DNA of 64,000 nucleotides from Trichosphaerium sp. ATCC 40318 (taxonomy: Eukaryota > Protista > Tubulinea): NCBI GenBank assembly GCA_038496445.1, contig JALMLS010000578.1:248001-312000 (forward strand), read 5' to 3'. Below the pieces are notes generated by a model. The model was given only the letters and a program-made list of their open reading frames with translations. It was not told where the DNA came from and did no database searches. Positions 56,171-64,000 of the stretch are shown piece after piece (position 1 is the stretch's first letter; each line of letters opens with the position of its first letter). The position numbers and the translations under genes were made by a program.

Positions 56171-59100
56171 ATGGAATACGACGACAAGTTGTGAGGTCAC
56201 GCACTTAACACGTGTGTGTAAGTAAGTTCGTTAGCACACATCAATTACTTGTTTGAATATGTCTCACTGGGCGTATACCCGAACCTCTTTTTCGCCAGAC
56301 CGTTTACTGTGGTACGAGGATATTTTTTGTAGAGCTGCCAACGATACAACTAGATATTGATCTATAAACAGGGGATGGTACCACAGCGCATACGAGTCTA
56401 GTACACGTGTTTCTACCGAAGATGTTAAAGGATTGCTTGAAAAAGGGAATATAGACGTTAACTTTATATCTGGGCCTCACGAAGAGACTGCGCTTCATCT
56501 AGCAGTGTTTAATGAAGAAAATGAGAAGGAAGATATACAGCTACTTTTAGATCATGGAGCTAACGCCGATATACAAGATAAACTTATGAATACGCCGTTA
56601 AAGGTAGCAGGTAAGCGAGTTATATCGTTGGTTTGAAAAAAATAACTAAACTATCAAAACGCCTTTTCTAATCACGTGATAAGCTTGGGTTGGTAAGATA
56701 GAGTTTCTAGAAGTGCTTTTAGATCATGGAGCTAACCCAAATATTCCTAACTGCACTGGATGGTATCCTGCACACGAAGCAGGTGCGTCAATGATCAAAT
56801 ACAATATTTTTTTGTTGGTATTTAATTTAAACTTATTACGCGGTTCACCCTCCTCTGATATGTTCGTGATTCTAACCATAGAATGCATAGTTATGGGTAG
56901 ATGGAATGAGACATCTAGAGCAACAGTCATGGAGCTACTAATTGACAAAGGAGCAAAAATTGATGTTGTCACTGACAATGAAGGCGATACACCTTTTTTA
57001 TTAGCTGGTGAGATTAATGACTTCTTTGACACAGTAGATAACTTCTTGTTACAGCTAGAGAAGGACGTATCGGAGCTCTACGTAGTTTAGCATCCAAAGG
57101 AGCAGACGTTAATAAGAAGAATAGCTACAGAGATACAGCACTTCACATAGCAGGCAATTAAACTACAAAGTACTCCCCGAGATTCTTGTGATTTACTCTT
57201 TCAATAGTCCGCAAAGGTAGTTCTGAGATGGTTGAAATATTACTTGAGTATAATGCAGAGCATGTACAGTGCGGTAGCGGTCTTACGCCTATGATGGTAG
57301 GCAAAATCTGGAAGAACAACTTTTCTCATATATTTTTTTAAGTTATGTATTCGGGAGCATCCAGACAACTTCTACCTTATGAAGCAGCTTTTAAAAGCTC
57401 AAAAACCAGAATATTGGTTGTACAGACCTACAAGATGGAGTATGAAAAAGTTTTGTGAGAAGGCAAGGGAGTGGTACTTACGTCTTGTACGAAATGTCTT
57501 TGTTGTTCCACAAATACGACTGATTCAATTTTAGCCCAAGTACTCTTATTTCGACACTGCTCTCGAAGCTGGAGCTCTAGCTGGTTTACAATGGATACCT
57601 GACTTCATTCAAAATAAGGTAAGCTTACCTAGTGTAGCTATACATGCACTAACTGCTTAAAATAGAAATACTTTGAAAAATATCCAATTATGGCAGGATC
57701 GTTGTTAGACCTCCCACAAAGCGCATGGAATAATGCTTCCCTATTTAATGAGATACATAGAACACTTAAAGATAATAATGCAGGTATACCAAACTGGGTC
57801 AACATAAAAACACGTGACTGATTTTTTATGGAAGGTATTTCTGTTCAGTACCCTCAAGAACTTGGGTTTCGATTGAGACACTACTGCGTTGGATGGGTAT
57901 TTAACAAGTGGAAGGACAATGTCAAGTCTCCCATAGATTATAGGTATGCTGATTAGTGGTAATATTCAATTTATGATAATGCGTTAGGGAATTTGATTTA
58001 CTTCAAGATAATCCTGTTGCCAAGAGAGAATATGCTTTATTGAAAGACAGACTACAAAATTTGGATTTTCCTGATGATCATGAAATCGTTTCTGCTAAGA
58101 TTGTTCAGAATAAATCTCTATCTGATCGGTTTGCTGATTACATTCCGCTTTTAGCACATCGACATAAGTACGTCAATCAGTTTAGAACCGAGAAAAAACG
58201 GTAACAAACGTGTTAGTTTATTGGCAAAGTTGTTTAAAAGTCAGAAGTGGAAAAAAGACACCATCACCTTGAAAAATCGCCAAGATGTTATGAGCGGTTA
58301 TGAAAAGAATGTAGATGTTTGGGAATGGAACAAGAAGTTGAACGAGTTAGATGTATGTGAAGCTACAAAGAATCTTTTTGAAAAGCAAAAATATAAAAAT
58401 TCTTTTCTTTGGTTTTGCTTTTTCTTATACTGTGCTTGTACCTTACCATCTCTAAGCTACCAACAATACTCGCTGCTCATGGCACAAGTAAAAAAGCCGT
58501 TGGAAATATATTAAAAGGAGGATTTGGTACTCTAGCAACAACTGACCCAGGATGGTAAGTTTTCCTGTAAAAGTAGTTTCTATCAACTCACATTGTTTTT
58601 CAATAGGTATGGACAGGGTATCTATTTCACTAGGGTACTGTTTTTGCAAACTGGCTGTTAGTATTGTTAAGCATTTATATAGAATATAAACTACGCTTGT
58701 AAGTATTCACGTGAGGAGGAGAAAATGGTGATAATAAGCGTCGTTCTTCCTGGAAACGTTTATCCTGTATGCCTACAACGTAAGTAGTACTGAGCTTACA
58801 CATTTGTCTACCTAGGTTGTAGAGCATCCACATGCTCCTTCGGAATCTCTTGCAGGCATGCCAATCAAAGTAGGATACCAGAGCCACTATATTTTGGGTA
58901 TAGTTAATTTTATGAAACAGCAAAGAATGGTTAATGTTTTCTTACCTTTTTCTTGCAGTTAATAAGAAAGGACTTCCTGTGTCTTGTACCGTTAAAAAAA
59001 AAGGGTCTACACAAAAAAAGCCCTCAACTAAAGCACCAGTTGTGTATGAAGAGCTTGTAGTTGCACAAGGTAGAAGAACTTCCTAATTCCTAAATCAAAC

Positions 59101-59442
59101 TTTTTTCTTTCTGATATGTCTTTGTTTTGTCTAGATATTCAAGCGGTGCCTTTGTATGTTATTGGTCTGAAAGCAAAAGATACTAAAGAACAAAAGAAAG
59201 TTAAGGGAAAAGACAATGACGATGAGTTTTCTTCTGATGAAGAGCCAATGAATAGGTAAGTTGTGCAACGCTTCCCTTTTCCTCTTTTTTTCACCTTTTT
59301 TTTAAAAAGAGAGATGTGGGGCGATACTGAGGATACAAGTGATAGTGAAGATGACGAACCAAAAAATTGGACCTATTTACAGCGTATAGCAAGTTTATCT
59401 CGGTCTCAAAATTTAAGTTTATCTCAGTCTAAAAATAAATGA
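56171..59442 (+). CDS. Ankyrin-repeat + SAM-like + PARP-type (H-Y-E) ADP-ribosyltransferase protein
   Basis: Ankyrins ETALHLAV...LLLDHGANADIQD, DTPFLLA, DTALHIAV. Catalytic motifs AHGT (58480s), GW|YGQGIYFT, NYACKYS, VLPGNVYP, YEELVVAQ|DIQAVPLYVI. Confidence 0.85.
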
Positions 59443-59911
59443 AAAGGGGTTGTCTAGACAGGCAATTCTCTTTACAATAGCAATGATTAACGACATTGTT
59501 ATTAACACATGCACCTGACATACCAAAAACATATACGTCTAATGTGCCTACGACGTATTCTGCCGATGAACCTCAACAGAGCTAAAAACTCAATAACCAA
59601 CAGCACAACACATGTAAAAAACTGTTAATAAACGTGTTGTCAATCGCCTCAGTTTACAACTGTTAGAGGGTACTTTAACACCTTCATCAATTATCAAAAC
59701 CAAGAAAGGATGCTGAACTCCACCAAGTGCTTTTATACCATTAATTTTTACTACATTTAAGCTATAAGTTTGTTGTTGACGAGTTGGAGCAAAAAACTGT
59801 CCCGGAAGCTTGAAGTACTTGTCAAAACTCCGCGCAACCTTAACCGACTACTGTTTTTTTTGGGCCGGGCTTAAGTCATATGGTTAAGTAACCCGAAAAA
59901 TTTTTGAAGCA

Positions 59912-60901
59912 ATGGAGTCATACATGGACATTACAGAGAATACGCATAAACGAGACCGTGAAGAAGATGACAGCCTCTCTGTAGATGTAACGAGACCAGC
60001 AAAGCGTTCAAAACAAAGCCAACAGGATTCCAAACCGAAAGTATACAAACCGACTATTATTTGCGATATATCAGCGTCTCTACGCGATCCTACGGTAGAA
60101 TCAATAACTTGTACGCAAAATGGAGATATAATATTCACAGACGGCCAAAGCGACTCGCTATACGTAGTTAGTACGTCAATGAACCTATCACAGCCGACAG
60201 TTAAGACTTTCCTTGGCTGTGGACCAAATGCACAGTTCGCAGGTTTTACGTCATTGCCTGTACCCAAAAACTCTTCTTTGCTATCTGCTGATGTTATATG
60301 TCCAAGACAAGTGATGGTAGGAAATGATGAACTTATTTATTTTGTTGATGGCACGTGGGTACGAGAAATAAACGTCTCTGAAGACACTGTTAAAACAATT
60401 CTTGGAAAAGGATTTAAGAACGTTCCTGGAGGTCTAGAATGTCCTGTAGGTCTTTCAATGGATTCAAGTTATAACCTTTATGTTGCAGATGTTGGTGGGT
60501 CTATAATACGTAAAGGACAAGATGGAGAATTGAAGAGGTTTGATTTTGAAGGCAAAAAACCGGTGTATGTTAGTTTTAATGGAAAAGACATTGTTGCTGT
60601 ATTACATGGTCGTATAGATAAGCTAGATAGAGATAATGATATATTTTATTCTTTAATAGACTTACCGAGAGGTATACGTAAGTTATACGGGTGTACAAGC
60701 ACGTGTGATGGAGAAACTTTTATTTCAACAAACCAAGGTGTTTTCATTTATGTTGATGGAAAGAACACGCTAGAGAAGTTAAAGATACAAGTGGATGGCC
60801 ATGTCGGAGCTATTTGTTTTAATGAAGGTATAATGTATGGTGTAGTAGAGAAGAATAACATTGATGGGAATAATGTAAGTTTATTTAAACTTGACTTGTA
60901 A
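59912..60901 (+). CDS. Intronless NHL-like/beta-propeller protein with a basic N-terminal NLS-like segment
   Basis: 329-aa ORF; CPVGLSMDSSYNLYVADVG and GDIIFTDG are NHL-type blades; HKRDR..RPAKRSK. Confidence 0.72.
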   Translation: MESYMDITENTHKRDREEDDSLSVDVTRPAKRSKQSQQDSKPKVYKPTIICDISASLRDPTVESITCTQNGDIIFTDGQSDSLYVVSTSMNLSQPTVKTFLGCGPNAQFAGFTSLPVPKNSSLLSADVICPRQVMVGNDELIYFVDGTWVREINVSEDTVKTILGKGFKNVPGGLECPVGLSMDSSYNLYVADVGGSIIRKGQDGELKRFDFEGKKPVYVSFNGKDIVAVLHGRIDKLDRDNDIFYSLIDLPRGIRKLYGCTSTCDGETFISTNQGVFIYVDGKNTLEKLKIQVDGHVGAICFNEGIMYGVVEKNNIDGNNVSLFKLDL

Positions 60902-60935
60902 GTCTACAATCAACTTGGGTTTTTTTTTTTCAAAA

Positions 60936-62336
60936 TCACTTTATTGCTTCTTGTCTTCTTTCCCACCATGACTTACGTGGTTCGTCATGGCGAGATTGTT
61001 TATGCCACCAGTACTTGTTTTCTCCTTCTCCACAGAAAGATTCAAAGTAGGTTCTGTGCAGTTCAGTGTACAAGTGTTTGTAAGCGTCTATCCTCACTTC
61101 CTGTGTTGTATTTTTAATAAGTTGTGTAGACACAAAACGTGATTGCACTTACTGCAATGTAAGCAGCAGTACGATCGCATGTATCCATAAACTGAGGTTG
61201 TATTTGAGTGAAGTGTAAATCAGCAAGCATAACAGCAGTGCCAACATCTTCAAAGTAATTTAATTTTGGTCTTTTTTCTATTGGCTATTTTGTGTTCAAA
61301 GTATTAGTTTTACCTCAACGTTGTTTCTAAAAAATGCTGATTTTGTACGCACAAGCATCCAGTAGCTATTATACATGTGTAACGCGAGATCATGTGATAA
61401 GATATAAGCGCCACCAGCAGCGTACTGCAGAGGAAGATATTTTTGTGGTACCATAGAAGTTGAATCGTTGTATATTGCTGTCCGCCCGTAGTACACTCGC
61501 CTCTTTGGGAAGTACTTTGAATACTCTAAAATTTTATTTGGTAGGATCCATGCGTCATCATCACCTTTAAAGGTGTTAGTAGATCAGATTGGTACTAGCA
61601 ATTGTTTTTTATGAATGTTGAATGTTCAATATTGATAATGTACATTTTAGAATGTAGTCAAAGTTGTAAGTCTCAATTGCATATTTGATAAACAACATTG
61701 TCTTCATTGATAGGTCCTCGTATTTATCTTTCATTGGAAGTAGTTTAATATCTCCATACGTATCGTTCTCTATCAATATTAGAGCCAAAACGAAAAATAG
61801 AGTGTAATTATCAAACTAAATTCAGACTATACCTCTTTTAAGTTCCTTCATGATATCAGGACCTTTACCATCAATAAGTCATTAAAGTACTTTAAATTTA
61901 ACAACCGCACGTATATGTTTACCGCCCATTATCCAATATGCTTCGTACTCCTTACCTTGTGTATCTTTAGGGAATCTACCACAAAACGTTAATCACCTTA
62001 GAAAAAAATAATCACAAAACAAAAAAGCTATTTTTAGTACAGGTTCCACCACGTGTTTCTTATGGGTCTTCGTCTACGTATGTATTGTGGTGATGAAAAT
62101 GCTCCAAAAATTATCTTCCTGTGCGGTAATGATTTGTTTCTTAGTTTAACAACGTGTGGAACTATTTTATCAACAAATTTAGGCATATCTGAGACTTTTG
62201 AGACTTCCGAGGGTTCCGGAAGGCTGTTTTGCTGCTTGATTTGATTTTTTGGCTTTGCACTCATAATATTTACGAGAAACAAGATTATTATAATATTGTA
62301 GAATAAAAGCCAATATGATTGCCAGAGTATTTGCAT
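60936..62336 (-). CDS. GT31 beta-1,3-galactosyltransferase-family glycosyltransferase (start approximate)
   Basis: N-terminal TM segment, RRRRPIRNTW, ENDTYGDI..DKYEDLSMKT, FDYILK|GDDDAW (DxD), YAAGGAYILSHDL, FEDVGT. Confidence 0.88.
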
Positions 62337-63329
62337 GGCCGTACAGTAAGGAATCTTGACAATTTATGACCATGATACTGATTGTTGAAAGATATCTAAG
62401 ATGTATCTCGTTCTATCACTGTGGTAAAGACCTACAAATGTTATGTGGTTATGACGGATCCGGTCGTAATAGCTTGTTGGTGTAACAACAGTTAGCGAGA
62501 TGACTCGAGGAATAGAGTTTTGTGAAAATTTGAAGTTCACGTGCTCTGTTATTAAATCGCTTTCTTGCAGTTGTATGACATCTCAATTTAGTATAGAACA
62601 TAATAAATCAGTTAACAGATACGCCTTTTCCGTTACTTTTGGTTTCAGCCAAAATTAGCACACAGAATTGACGCGTAAGCTAAATTTTTTTATCGTAGCT
62701 CATATTTCTGTATCACATCTGAAGATTGTCGTCTTAACTAATCCAATAATTTAGAAACAGTCCTGGTTGCAATATTCAAGCAGTCCATCTGAAGTTGCTA
62801 TTTCGTAGTGGCCCACATTATGCCGAAATGCGAACAATGTAAAATCCTTGTCAATTCCTACCTAAAAAAAAAAAGGTTTAATGTCAGATGAGAAGAATTG
62901 TAAGAAAATTCTCCTTTGCAACCAAATGTCTGTAGGGCTATGTACTTAACATGTTACTTAATATATAGTTTAGTTTCCATATACCCAACCTTCGTACCTT
63001 TACAATGTCGTTGTATTCTATTGTTGCGTTCTACTTTTGTTCATGTTCTCATCATCATAGGATGCTCGTATCCAGCTGAAAGACATCAATCGAGATGTTG
63101 AAACTAACGCCCTTCCGTTATGAATACAAGCAATATTCATATTCATTGTCCCGTAAGCCATACATATTCATGGGCGTTTGGTGAGTCAGGATGTTGAGGA
63201 GCTTTTGGTTTGTAGCACCTAGCGATGTTCCAAATGGATAGATTCAACAAGTTGCATAAAAAAAAAAATTCTCGGTTTTCTCTAGCTGTATTGTGAAACA
63301 AAACGGCACAAATTAAGCTAAATAGACAA

Positions 63330-63587
63330 TTTTATTCTTTAATAGACTTACCGAGAGGTATACATAAGTTGTACGGATGTACAAGCACGTGTGATGGAGA
63401 AACTTTTATTTCAACAAACCAAGGTGTTTTCATTTATGTTGATGGAAAGAACACGCTAGAGAAGTTAAAGATACAAGTGAATGGTCATGTCAGAGCTATT
63501 TGTTTTAGTGAAGGTATAATGTATGATGTAGTAGAGAAGAATAACATTGATGGGAATAATGTAAGTTTATTTAAACTTGACTTGTAA
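63330..63587 (+). pseudogene. 3' fragment duplicate of the NHL-like gene
   Basis: Near-identical to ~60644-60901; the 5' three quarters are missing. Confidence 0.8.
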
Positions 63588-63632
63588 GTCCACAATCAAC
63601 TTGGGGTTTTTTTTTCAAAATCAAGTGATTTT

Positions 63633-64000
63633 TTAATGATTCCAATCTTCTTGTCTTCTTTCCCACCACGACTTGCGTGGTTCCTCATGGCGAGAATATT
63701 TATGCCACCAGTACTTGTTTTCTCCTTCTCCACAGAAAGATTCAAAGTAGGTTCTGTGCAGTTCAGTGTACAAGTGTTTGAAAGCGTCTATCCTCACTTC
63801 CTGTGTTGTATTATTACTATGTTGTTTAGACACAAAACGTGATTGCACTTACTGGAATATAAGCAGTAGCACGATCGCAAGTATTCATAAACTGAGGTTG
63901 TATTTGAGTGAAGTGTAAATCAGCAAGCATAACAGCAGTACCAACATCTTCAAAGTAATTTAATTTTGGTCTTTGTTCTATTGGCTATTTTGTTCAAAGT
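63633..64000 (-). CDS. Second GT31 paralog, 3' exons only (continues beyond the window)
   Basis: Near-identical to 60936-61300 (FEDVGTAVML...EVRIDAFKHLYTELHR...) with an altered C-terminus (EDWNH*). Confidence 0.8.

Noticed and set aside
62753-63250. Possible minus-strand exons (VGIDKDFTLFAFRHNVGHYEIA..)
   Set aside because: No coherent start or family assignment; lies at the duplication junction, so probably a fragment.

Overview
AT-rich, gene-dense eukaryotic genomic DNA with many short (mostly ~40-100 nt) spliceosomal introns, read in the standard genetic code. A GH9+CBM8-type cellulase, calponin/filamin-type CH proteins and an ankyrin-ART gene suggest a protist, possibly amoebozoan; this is inference. 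Recognisable genes: calponin-like CH protein, YpsA/SLOG 'molybdenum carrier'-type protein, homeobox factor, TPT/SLC35 transporter, three F-box proteins, GH9 endoglucanase, ALDH7A1, MORN-SAM protein, filamin-type actin-binding protein, ankyrin-SAM-PARP-like protein, NHL-like propeller and two GT31 glycosyltransferases. The stretch 33.4-50.6 kb is a birth-and-death array of two secreted protein families (A and B). Four observations stand out. (1) Three unrelated secreted protein families all end in the same C-x-R-R-L motif, encoded by different codons, which suggests an undescribed C-terminal processing or sorting signal. (2) An unassigned, GC-rich, structured ~250-280 nt RNA-like element ending in oligo-T is present as two inverted copies. 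(3) A tRNA 3' half lies immediately upstream of a tRNA 5' half (permuted/split arrangement). (4) The palindrome (T)CACGTG(A) is strongly enriched, and several GC-AG introns are present. All exon structures were assembled by eye.
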